Shown here: positions 44,441-53,189 of the stretch, one piece after another
Layout: every line of letters begins with the position of its first letter
How positions within the stretch are numbered: the first letter of the stretch is position 1
Assembly (NCBI GenBank): GCA_028704015.1
Contig: JAQVLT010000001.1
Span: 39,484 to 103,483 of the forward strand
From: Patescibacteria group bacterium
Lineage (GTDB): Bacteria > Patescibacteriota > Patescibacteriia > Patescibacteriales > JAQVLT01
Direction of reading: 5' to 3'
Length of the DNA: 64,000 bases
The notes under the pieces: generated by a model
What the model was told of the DNA's origin: nothing
The model's database searches: none
Seen by the model: the letters and a program-made list of their open reading frames with translations, nothing else
Program-made: the position numbers and the translations under genes

Positions 44441-45115
44441 TCAATTTTTATTTTCTTGATTTTTTAAATTTTTAGATTCTTGCCGATAAACCCAATAAGA
44501 ATATCCAATCGTGCCAAATATGATCACAATCATGGCCAAAATAAAACTAATGGTTTTGTAAAATGCCGGCGCGAAAGCGGTAATAATAATGAGCAAACCG
44601 CTAAGAACAAAAGCCTTGGAGCCGAAGCGATGCGTTTTATTCCACACAGTTTCCGACGACATCGTCCATGGCGTGCGAATTCCCAAAAACCAATTCATTT
44701 TTACTTTTGACAAATAATTTCCCAATAAAACGAATAATAAACCGACCAAAACCGGCACCCATTTCTCAATAGCAATATTATAACCAAGCGCGTTAAAGCT
44801 GGCAAGGAAATAAATCACCGCCAAAAATAATAAAATCAGAGTCCGCACAACATTGTAGGGTTTCTCAAATTGCTCATACCTTTCTTTTTTCGGATCAAAT
44901 TTTGGCAGAACCAAAAAAAGCAGATACATGCCAACCAGCATAGCCGGAATCGCAAAAGCGCCGGTAGCGCGCGACCCCCAGCCGTCAACGTCTCCGGCGA
45001 AATTCCAATGCGTTGGCACGCGCTCCGGAAAAACGGAATAAAAATAAAACGAGGCGGCAATAGCAAGCGCGATAACAAAAATGGACAAAACTTCAGATTT
45101 GATTGAAATTTTCAT
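44441..45115 (-). CDS. SdpI/YhfL-family membrane protein (DUF1648 plus SdpI)
   Basis: PERVPTHWNFAGDVDGWGSR followed by multi-TM SdpI-like helices. Confidence 0.6.
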   Translation of the reverse strand: MKISIKSEVLSIFVIALAIAASFYFYSVFPERVPTHWNFAGDVDGWGSRATGAFAIPAMLVGMYLLFLVLPKFDPKKERYEQFEKPYNVVRTLILLFLAVIYFLASFNALGYNIAIEKWVPVLVGLLFVLLGNYLSKVKMNWFLGIRTPWTMSSETVWNKTHRFGSKAFVLSGLLIIITAFAPAFYKTISFILAMIVIIFGTIGYSYWVYRQESKNLKNQENKN

Positions 45116-45157
45116 TGGTTTAAAAATTCAAGAATTTAAAAAATTAAAATTCTTGAA

Positions 45158-45436
45158 TTATTTATTTTTTAAATTTTTATAACTAAAAAATTTTATCAAT
45201 AGCTTTGACACTTCTTCAAATACGCTTAAATTTAGCGAATAAATAATTTCCTGCCCATGCCGCTCAGCTGTGACCAGCTCCGCCTGCTTTAAAACATTCA
45301 AATGATGCGAAAGCGTCGGCAAAGTAAAATCAAAACTTTTAGCAATCTCAGAAACTGCCATATCTTTCTTTTTTAATAATTCTAATATTTTTTGCCGGCT
45401 AGGGTCACTTAGCGCTTGGAAAGTTTTACTTAACAT
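45158..45436 (-). CDS. ArsR/SdpR-family transcriptional regulator
   Basis: ALSDPSRQKILELLKKKDMAVSEIAKSF...LSHHLNVLKQAELV. ATG at 45436; the longer track start runs through a GC hairpin. Confidence 0.8.
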   Translation of the reverse strand: MLSKTFQALSDPSRQKILELLKKKDMAVSEIAKSFDFTLPTLSHHLNVLKQAELVTAERHGQEIIYSLNLSVFEEVSKLLIKFFSYKNLKNK

Positions 45437-45642
45437 ATTTATAATCGCCCCCTCGCCTTTTAAAGGAGAGGGATAGGGTGAGGTAAAACTATTAGACATT
45501 TAGACAACTATCTAAATTATACCAAAGCCACGCTTTTTGTCAATATTAAATCGGCTCTCAACTTGACACCGGGCGTAACGCATAGTAATTTAATATCCAG
45601 AATGCTCTTTAACATCGCCTATTTAGGAAAGGAATAAGGACA

Positions 45643-46668
45643 ATGGAAAACGAACTGACAGAATATGAAAAAATTTTTCACGATGGCGCGGATTTTTTTG
45701 AACAAATCAAGATGTTATTTTCCAATCCCAAAAACTTTATTAGCAAAATGCAACAGCGAAGCAATTTCACGATCAATAATTTGCTTGCCTTCTCGCTTTT
45801 GATAGACCGAGATACTGAACGGGTAAAAAACGTAAAAGAAGCCGCCATGTTGCTTTTTAAAAAAATCATAATGGAAAATTTCTTAATATCTAACAACGCT
45901 GATGCCGACAAAGAAGAAGAGGTGAGGGATAGGTTTATTTCCTTCTTGAAAGAAATAGAGCCGGAGGAGCAGCAAAAGGAAAGTCTGGATGAGCTCCTTA
46001 AATTTGTCACTCCGCTTTCCCCACTTTCCCGAAAGCACAAGATGGACCTGTTAAGTATTTTGTCACTCTGGCAATCGAACTATCAACCGAAAGACTGCAA
46101 ACCAGCAGAGTGGTGGCTTGAAATTGGCAAATGGCTATTCCACTACAAAGCATGGTCAGACGGCAGAAAAATTATCTGGCTCGGAATAAGGCAGAATTCT
46201 TTCGAAAAAGCGCTTGACTATCTGCCTGAATTTGCAAACGATGAAAGAGCCGCTTCGGAAATCTGTATAGACATTGTTAGCGATTGCCGCCACGGTTGCT
46301 ACAATGATCGTCCGAGCGTCGATCTGGAAATAATGTTGAAAGAAATCGGCTGGCTCGATCCGGATGACGCCAACTATGAAAACCTGGCGGATACGCTTCA
46401 AGAAATTAAAGAATATCCTCAGTTGGTCATAAACTGCCTTAACCGCGCGGCGGAAAAAACATCTGGCGACGAGAAAGACTGCCTGCTCAGGTATTTGAAT
46501 AATGAAAAAAAATATCTGGAGAATCTCGCGCTACTAAAAAGGCAACTCGTCAAAATTGAAGCGAAATTGCCGAGTGACATCAAAACAATCTTTAACGAAA
46601 CCGCCTTTTGGGTATCAAAAAAACGTCTGGTGATTTGGCCGGACGAACTTAATATCGAACCTTTTTAA
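45643..46668 (+). CDS. hypothetical protein (GC-rich ORFan cassette)
   Basis: 341-aa ORF with a purine-rich AAGGA-type sequence upstream; no motif recognised. Confidence 0.45.
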   Translation: MENELTEYEKIFHDGADFFEQIKMLFSNPKNFISKMQQRSNFTINNLLAFSLLIDRDTERVKNVKEAAMLLFKKIIMENFLISNNADADKEEEVRDRFISFLKEIEPEEQQKESLDELLKFVTPLSPLSRKHKMDLLSILSLWQSNYQPKDCKPAEWWLEIGKWLFHYKAWSDGRKIIWLGIRQNSFEKALDYLPEFANDERAASEICIDIVSDCRHGCYNDRPSVDLEIMLKEIGWLDPDDANYENLADTLQEIKEYPQLVINCLNRAAEKTSGDEKDCLLRYLNNEKKYLENLALLKRQLVKIEAKLPSDIKTIFNETAFWVSKKRLVIWPDELNIEPF

Positions 46669-46674
46669 ATAATA

Positions 46675-46712
46675 ACAAAACCGCCCCGTTTACCGAGGCG
46701 GTTTATTTTTTT
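46675..46712. terminator. bidirectional hairpin terminator
   Basis: aaaccgcc/ggcggttt stem followed by a T-run. Confidence 0.7.
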
Positions 46713-46718
46713 CTTTTC

Positions 46719-47690
46719 TTATTTGATATTTTTTGGAGCAAATAACTTCAGATAAATCCACCTCAAAATTTTCCAGCCCAGCCAAATAATCAGCGCGATA
46801 GTAGCCAGCCAAACTATTATAACCGGCAAAACGATTATGAAGCTGATTATGGCGTTAGCATAATTAGCCAGCCCTGAAAGCATATTTTTAACCGCTTGTT
46901 TGGCTACAACTAACGGCCTCCAGCGTATTCCCCAGACTTCAAAATCCGCATCGCTGGAAAGATTAACTGTAATCGTTGACATATCAACTTGCCGGTCCAA
47001 GTACTTTATCTGGCCCTCAATTGCTTCAATCTGCCCGCGGACGTTACTTAAATAATTAGTCACTTTAAGAATATCTACAACTGTGGCGGCTTTACTTAAA
47101 ATCTTAATGTACTGCTCCTCTTCCGCCTTCAAATTCTTAAGCCGGGCTTCCAAGTCAACATACTGTTCAGTTACGTCGGTAGCATTAGAACTTTCATTTT
47201 CAACCTCAGTGGCTAACTTTTTAATTTCTCCCATAGCCTGTTCAAAGCTGGCAACTGGAACTTTAATGGTAATATAACCGTATTTTTCTCCTGATACATT
47301 CTTGCTGACATTAGAGCTTATAACTTCACCCTTTAAATTGCCGGCCGCTTCTTTGATTCCGGTTATAGATTCTTCAATATTTTTAACATAAAGGCTTAGT
47401 TGGCCGTTTTTTTCTATTTTCTTGTCTGCCAAATTACCTTGATTATTCGTAGCCACGCTTTCTTCCATGACTGAATCTCTGGCAATGCTCGGTGCAGTCG
47501 CTTTTTGCGAGACGACTCCGCCAAAAGATTCACCAAAGCCGAGGCTGTCTATCATTGCTCCTCCTTCATAATTTGCGGTCATTGGGATGGGAGTATTTTT
47601 GGATAAAATTTGCGCTACAATTACCAAAACAATTACAGCGCCGGCAATAATCAAAATAATCTTGCCGATTTTTTTTGTTTGTTCGTTCAT
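46719..47690 (-). CDS. DUF4349-like protein (N- and C-terminal TM anchors, coiled middle)
   Basis: YGYITIKVPVASFEQAM...DVTEQYVDLEARLKNLKAEEEQY. Confidence 0.55.
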   Translation of the reverse strand: MNEQTKKIGKIILIIAGAVIVLVIVAQILSKNTPIPMTANYEGGAMIDSLGFGESFGGVVSQKATAPSIARDSVMEESVATNNQGNLADKKIEKNGQLSLYVKNIEESITGIKEAAGNLKGEVISSNVSKNVSGEKYGYITIKVPVASFEQAMGEIKKLATEVENESSNATDVTEQYVDLEARLKNLKAEEEQYIKILSKAATVVDILKVTNYLSNVRGQIEAIEGQIKYLDRQVDMSTITVNLSSDADFEVWGIRWRPLVVAKQAVKNMLSGLANYANAIISFIIVLPVIIVWLATIALIIWLGWKILRWIYLKLFAPKNIK

Positions 47691-47793
47691 AGGTTTAAAA
47701 ACTTAAAAATAAATAATTAAATAATTTAAAAACTTAAAAAACTAAAAATAGATTATTTTATTCTTGTGTTTTTATATTCCTGTATTTTTAAAC

Positions 47794-49056
47794 CTAACCA
47801 AACATTATCCATTCCGGTTTGAATATAAGAAGAATGCCGATGATTAAAATAATTATACCGCCAACGACATTGGAATAGCGCCCATATTTAGAACTTATTG
47901 CTTTCATCCGCAGGGTAGACATCGCCAGAATAAAAATTATTATATCATCAAGCATATAGAAGAAGATATAAGCCAAAAGATAACCATAATATTGCCACCA
48001 CGGCAGATGCGCCATTGATAATACCTGCGTATAAACTGCCGGAAATCCTGCCGAGCAAACCAGTTCAACCAGATTAACCACAAAACCAAGGATTATTATG
48101 CCGCCAAGCGCCAACCAAAAACTCTCTTTTTTGACAATATTTTTAATTTTATAGAATACTTCCCGTCTCTTTTCATCCTCAGTCACCGGACAAGTGCCTT
48201 TACGGTTTTTAGCAAATTCTTTCAGATGATAAATACCACTTCCGACCGCTACTAAACCAATTATCATCCTGATCCAAAAAGTAAACCCAATAAAAAGAAA
48301 AAAATTCAACCAAGCAGAGAGAAACAGAAAATAAACAAACCCCGAGGAAATAATAAAAGCCGCGCCTAAAGTCCACATTCTCTTTCGGCTTTCCATTCCC
48401 AAAAGCAAGCTGATCAGAAATAATAATGTCCACATGGCGCAGGGATTAAAACCGTCTAAAGTGCCAATGATGGCGGTAAGCGCGGGGAGAGAAACCGTTT
48501 TTAAATCTATTTCGCCAATTATTGGCACACTGATTGTTTCCGGCGTGGTAGAACTATTTTTCGTTGTATCCGCTTCACAGCCGCAATCATGCAAACATTC
48601 AATATTATTTTTATCACATCCGTGCGTGCATTGTGATTCCTTTTCGTCTAAATTAATTATCGGTTTTACAATATCGGTACAACCTTTCTGCGTATACTCA
48701 TCTATAATTGATCTGATTTTTGCGCCCGTGGTCTCGTCGCTTAAATAACCATTGATAGTTTGGTCGCCAACAATCAAAACTGGCACGCCGGTAACATTAA
48801 GCTTCAATTCCTTTGCCAAGCTAGAAAGAACTCCGGCGTTTTCCCGACTATGCCAAATTTCATAGCGATTAATAATAATATTCTGATTCTCTTTTTCCAG
48901 CCGGGCTAAAAATTTTTCCTCCTTGGCGCAATGCGGACAGCCGTCGCCATAGAAAAAATAAAGATTGATTTTGTCTTGCGCCAATACGGGAACAATATTA
49001 AAAAACATTATAAAACAAAATACAACAACAAATATTTTTGAAATTAATTTTTTCAT
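47794..49056 (-). CDS. thioredoxin-fold (CPHC) domain fused to a CcdA/DsbD-like membrane domain
   Basis: FFYGDGCPHCAKEE at the N-terminus; GFNPCAMWTLLFLISLL in the membrane part. Confidence 0.5.
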   Translation of the reverse strand: MKKLISKIFVVVFCFIMFFNIVPVLAQDKINLYFFYGDGCPHCAKEEKFLARLEKENQNIIINRYEIWHSRENAGVLSSLAKELKLNVTGVPVLIVGDQTINGYLSDETTGAKIRSIIDEYTQKGCTDIVKPIINLDEKESQCTHGCDKNNIECLHDCGCEADTTKNSSTTPETISVPIIGEIDLKTVSLPALTAIIGTLDGFNPCAMWTLLFLISLLLGMESRKRMWTLGAAFIISSGFVYFLFLSAWLNFFLFIGFTFWIRMIIGLVAVGSGIYHLKEFAKNRKGTCPVTEDEKRREVFYKIKNIVKKESFWLALGGIIILGFVVNLVELVCSAGFPAVYTQVLSMAHLPWWQYYGYLLAYIFFYMLDDIIIFILAMSTLRMKAISSKYGRYSNVVGGIIILIIGILLIFKPEWIMFG

Positions 49057-49059
49057 ATT

Positions 49060-50256
49060 TTAAGATAATCTTTCTTTGAAATCTTTGTAGCCAAATTTTT
49101 TAATTAAACGCAATTTGCCGGACAAATCTTTTTTTATTATTGAAGGCAATTCAATTCCGTTGAAAGTATTATTTTTTACCATGGTATAAATCGCCATATT
49201 GAGAAAAACCAATTTCTGGCCGATGGCCAAGGGTTTGGCAAAAGAATAATCGCCAATCACATCGCCTGCCAGACAGCTTGGCCCGCCCAAACGATAATTA
49301 TATTTTCCTTTCTCCGGCAAACCGGCGCCAAGAATCGTCGGATGATATGGCATTTCCAAAACATCCGGCATATGCGTAGCCGCAGAAACATCAAGAATAA
49401 CAACGTCTTTCCCGTTATTAAAAATATCAACAACCGTTGCCACGAGCACTCCGGCATTAAGCGCGATCGCTTCACCCGGTTCAAGATAAACTTCCAAATG
49501 CGGATAACGGCGTTTAAAATCTTTGATGATTTGGATTAATAATTTCAAATCATAATCTCGGCGCGTGATGTGGTGGCCGCCGCCGAAATTTACCCATTTT
49601 AATTGCGGTAAAAATTCACCGAATTTTTTTTCAAATACTTTTAAAGTTCTCGCCAAGGCATCAGCATTGAGTTCGCAGAGATTATGGAAATGCAGGCCGT
49701 CAATGTCGGCCAAACTTTCACCGGAAAAATTTTTCTTCACAATTCCCAGCCGGGAATATTTGCCGCACGGATCATACATCGGCGTTTCAGTTTCCGAATG
49801 TTCGGGATTGACGCGCAAGCCGCAAGATATTTTTTTCTTGGACTTTTCAATCACTGGCTTGAATTTCCGCCATTGAGAAAAAGAATTAAAAATCAGATGA
49901 TCGGAATATTTGATAAACTCATTTATATTTTCCGCGGTGTAAGCGGGAGAAAAAGTATGCACCACGCGACCGAATTTTTCAAATCCGAGGCGCGCTTCGT
50001 TAACTGAACTGGCCTCGGTGCCGCGCAAATATTTTTTTACCAAGGGAAAAACGCTAAACATGGAAAAGCCTTTGAGCGCCATGAGAATTTTGCAGCCAGA
50101 TTCTGCCTGCACCCGATCAAGAATCTCCAAATTACTTTCTAATTTTTTCTCATCAACAACATAGGCAGGAGTTTTTAGATTAACAAAATCCTTGACACTC
50201 CAGCCGACTGTGTCGATCCAAGGCTCAAAAAAAATTTTTTGGTTATGCTTAGACAT
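49060..50256 (-). CDS. nspC: carboxynorspermidine/carboxyspermidine decarboxylase
   Basis: 398 aa; TPAYVVDEKKLESN, LMALKGF, NFGGGHH, GGPSCLAGD. Confidence 0.8.
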   Translation of the reverse strand: MSKHNQKIFFEPWIDTVGWSVKDFVNLKTPAYVVDEKKLESNLEILDRVQAESGCKILMALKGFSMFSVFPLVKKYLRGTEASSVNEARLGFEKFGRVVHTFSPAYTAENINEFIKYSDHLIFNSFSQWRKFKPVIEKSKKKISCGLRVNPEHSETETPMYDPCGKYSRLGIVKKNFSGESLADIDGLHFHNLCELNADALARTLKVFEKKFGEFLPQLKWVNFGGGHHITRRDYDLKLLIQIIKDFKRRYPHLEVYLEPGEAIALNAGVLVATVVDIFNNGKDVVILDVSAATHMPDVLEMPYHPTILGAGLPEKGKYNYRLGGPSCLAGDVIGDYSFAKPLAIGQKLVFLNMAIYTMVKNNTFNGIELPSIIKKDLSGKLRLIKKFGYKDFKERLS

Positions 50257-50343
50257 TAAAGTTAATTAAAAATGTAAAATTTAAAAATCAAAATGACAAT
50301 TTAAAATTAAAAAAATTTGCATTTTGCATTGTCATTTTACATT

Positions 50344-50363
50344 CCTGCCTGCCGGCAGGCAGG
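50344..50363. repeat. perfect 20-nt palindrome cctgcctgccggcaggcagg
   Basis: Identical 20-mer at 43294-43313 and 52009-52028. Confidence 0.95.
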
Positions 50364-50410
50364 TTGATATTTGCATTTTGATTTATCAACTCCACGCAAA
50401 ATATTATATA

Positions 50411-51661
50411 CTAATAATCCTTTTTTAGTTCTTTTGGCAAATCTTTTAATTCTTTTATTTTCCACGGCAGTCCGACTTTGGTCAATTCTTCCAGAAATAT
50501 TTTTGAATCCAAAGATTTGTCTTCGGTATTTTTTACTCCCGCGCCTGACCACTTGCCTTGCAACACCAATTTAGCAGCGGTTACTGTCGGAATAGCGGTG
50601 GTGTAGCCGATTGCATTGCCGCCGGTTTCCAAAAAAGCTTTGCGGTGATCGCAAACATTGTAAATATAAATAACTTTTTTCTTGCCGTTCTTTGTACCGG
50701 AAATGATATTACCAATATTGGTTTTGCCTTTGTAAGTTTTGTTAAAATCTACGCCCTTGGGCAAAATAGTTTTCAAAAATTTAATCGGCACAACACTCGA
50801 GCCTTCGTATGCCACCGGATCAATTCGCGTTAAGCCGACATTAAAAAGCACGCGCAAATAAGTCAAATAAGCCGGAGAAAAAGTCATCCAAAAACGAATG
50901 CGTTTGAGCCCCGGAATATTTCTGACCAAACTTTCCATTTCTTCGTGATACATTAGATAAGGAGTAAATTTGCCGGCTTCCGGAAAATCAAACTCAAAGA
51001 AAGCTGCCTCATCATCAATCAGCCGGCCGCGCGTTTGCCATTTGCCGTTCTTCCAGAATTTAATCGGTAAAATCAATTCACGCAAATTTATTTCCGGATC
51101 AAAGTTCGGCGCGAATTTTATTTTCTTGTCTTTGGAGCCGCCATTGCAGTCCAGGATATCAATAGTTTCAATTTTATCAAAAAGATAATCGCGGGCATAG
51201 GCGGAAAAAATATTGGAAACTCCCGGATCGAAACCGCTGCCAAGAATCGCGAGGAGTCCTTTCTTTTTGAATTCTTTGTCTTTGGCCCACTGCAAACGAT
51301 GCGAAAAACCGTATTCTTTTGGATCTTCATAACAAGCAGTATCAATATATTTGACGCCGGTTTCCAGACAAACATCCATAACAGTCAAATTGTCATACGG
51401 CAAACCCCAATGGACCAAAAGTTCCGGTTGAATTTCTTTTATCAAACTGACTAGAAATTTTTTGTCCGACACATTGCCTTCGTGGATATGCAGTTTTACT
51501 TTGCCTTTTGTCCTTTTGACAATTGAATCATTTACGGCCTCGCATTTTTTCTTTGTCCGCGACACAACATGAATTTCGGAAAAAATTTGCGGCATCTGAG
51601 CCATTTTGTGCAGACCAACACTGCCAACATTGCCGCAACCAATTACCAAAATTTTTGACAT
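50411..51661 (-). CDS. carboxynorspermidine synthase (saccharopine dehydrogenase family)
   Basis: MSKILVIGCGNVGS Rossmann N-terminus and ~415 aa length, adjacent to nspC. ATG at 51661. Confidence 0.7.
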   Translation of the reverse strand: MSKILVIGCGNVGSVGLHKMAQMPQIFSEIHVVSRTKKKCEAVNDSIVKRTKGKVKLHIHEGNVSDKKFLVSLIKEIQPELLVHWGLPYDNLTVMDVCLETGVKYIDTACYEDPKEYGFSHRLQWAKDKEFKKKGLLAILGSGFDPGVSNIFSAYARDYLFDKIETIDILDCNGGSKDKKIKFAPNFDPEINLRELILPIKFWKNGKWQTRGRLIDDEAAFFEFDFPEAGKFTPYLMYHEEMESLVRNIPGLKRIRFWMTFSPAYLTYLRVLFNVGLTRIDPVAYEGSSVVPIKFLKTILPKGVDFNKTYKGKTNIGNIISGTKNGKKKVIYIYNVCDHRKAFLETGGNAIGYTTAIPTVTAAKLVLQGKWSGAGVKNTEDKSLDSKIFLEELTKVGLPWKIKELKDLPKELKKDY

Positions 51662-51860
51662 ACAAAAATAATGCAAATCTACAAATTAAATTCAAATTCC
51701 GCGAATAACGCAAAAGTGAATAAAAATCATTTATAGATTTGTAAATTAATTTTGAGTTAAAAAAAAATCTAATGAATTTCATTATAATTTTACTATTCGC
51801 TTGCCCAGGTGTCAATCTTGAAAAATACAAGAATTTAAAAATATAAAAATATTTAAAAAT

Positions 51861-52054
51861 CACCATGGGGTTTGGGGGCCGAACTAAGCGCCAAGGAAAA
51901 TGTTACCCAAAAGATTAATCAACGTGATAGCGCATTGAGGCCCCCAAAACTTTCCCGCCAAAGGCGGGCAAGTGCTTCTGGCGCCTGTCCGCCTTTGGCG
52001 GAGTTACACCTGCCTGCCGGCAGGCAGGAAAGAAGGCTCCCGGCAGGGGAAATT
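51861..52054. repeat. GC-rich noncoding element, copy B (homologous to 25412-25632), containing the 20-nt palindrome
   Basis: Same conserved blocks as copy A, with helix gtttgggggcc/ggcccccaaac. Lies between divergent polyamine genes. Confidence 0.6.
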
Positions 52055-52204
52055 TTATTGCATTATTTTATTATAAGATTTAAACAAACTTAATACTTAA
52101 AATAGTCTAATATTAAATAAAATTATTTAACTAGCATTAAAATGCTAAAAATATTGTCATTTTCGGTAAAGGTGTTAGAATAAAATTAATATTAATCAAA
52201 CATT

Positions 52205-53065
52205 ATGAAACAACCAACTAAAAATTTCGGCTTTTTGCCAAAAGAATATTCAACGCTTGATAAAGCAAAAGTGGTATTGTTGCCGATTCCTTATGACGGC
52301 ACTTCCAGCTGGCTCAAAGGCGCGGACAAAGGTCCGAACGCGATAATTGAATCTTCAATCAACTTTGAGTGGTATGATATTGAAACTAATTTTGAAGTTT
52401 ACAAAGAAGGAATCCACACCGCCGCTCCAGTCAAGGTGCCAGCCAAACCCGAGGCCATGACCCAAAAATCCGAGCAAGCGGTAAAAAATTATTTGGATAA
52501 AGACAAAATGGTCGTAGTCCTCGGGGGAGAACATTCGGTAAGCGTGGGAGCGATCAAGGCGTATCAAGAAAAATATAAAAATTTATCCGTATTACAATTG
52601 GACGCGCACGCGGATTTACGGAATTCTTACCAAGGTTCAAAATATAATCATGCTTGCGTCATGGCGCGCGTCAAAGAAATTTGCCCGATTGTCCAAGTCG
52701 GAATCAGAAGCATGGATATTAGTGAAAAAGATAATTTGGCGGAAGACAGAATTTTTTATGCTCATGAAATTTACAATCAAAATGACTGGCAAGATAAAGC
52801 GATCCAAAAATTATCCGACCAAGTTTACATTACCATTGATCTTGATGTCTTTGATCTGTCAATTCTACCGGCAACCGGCACGCCCGAACCCGGCGGTTTG
52901 GAATGGTATCCGGTGATTAATTTTTTGAAAAAAGTTTGCGCTGAAAAAAACGTAGTCGGTTTTGATGTCGTGGAACTCTGCCCGAATAAATTTGATAAAA
53001 CCTCTGACTATCTCGCGGCGAAATTGATTTATAAATTACTCAGCTACATCTTTATCGCTAAATAA
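52205..53065 (+). CDS. speB: agmatinase (ureohydrolase family)
   Basis: LGGEHSV, LQLDAHADL, ITIDLDVFD, TPEPGG. Confidence 0.85.
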   Translation: MKQPTKNFGFLPKEYSTLDKAKVVLLPIPYDGTSSWLKGADKGPNAIIESSINFEWYDIETNFEVYKEGIHTAAPVKVPAKPEAMTQKSEQAVKNYLDKDKMVVVLGGEHSVSVGAIKAYQEKYKNLSVLQLDAHADLRNSYQGSKYNHACVMARVKEICPIVQVGIRSMDISEKDNLAEDRIFYAHEIYNQNDWQDKAIQKLSDQVYITIDLDVFDLSILPATGTPEPGGLEWYPVINFLKKVCAEKNVVGFDVVELCPNKFDKTSDYLAAKLIYKLLSYIFIAK

Positions 53066-53104
53066 TTGCGAAAAATTGATATTTAAATTACAATGGAATT
53101 ACGA

Positions 53105-53181
53105 GACATAAGTGATAAGACATAAGTCATCAGAGAATTAATTTTATAGTCCTTATGTCTTTTGACTATTGTCTTATGTCT
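53105..53181. repeat. nested inverted repeat of agacataag words ending 9 nt before the trpS ATG
   Basis: agacataag at 53105 and 53118 pairs with cttatgtct at 53173 and 53152. Confidence 0.8.
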
Positions 53182-53189
53182 AATATTTT

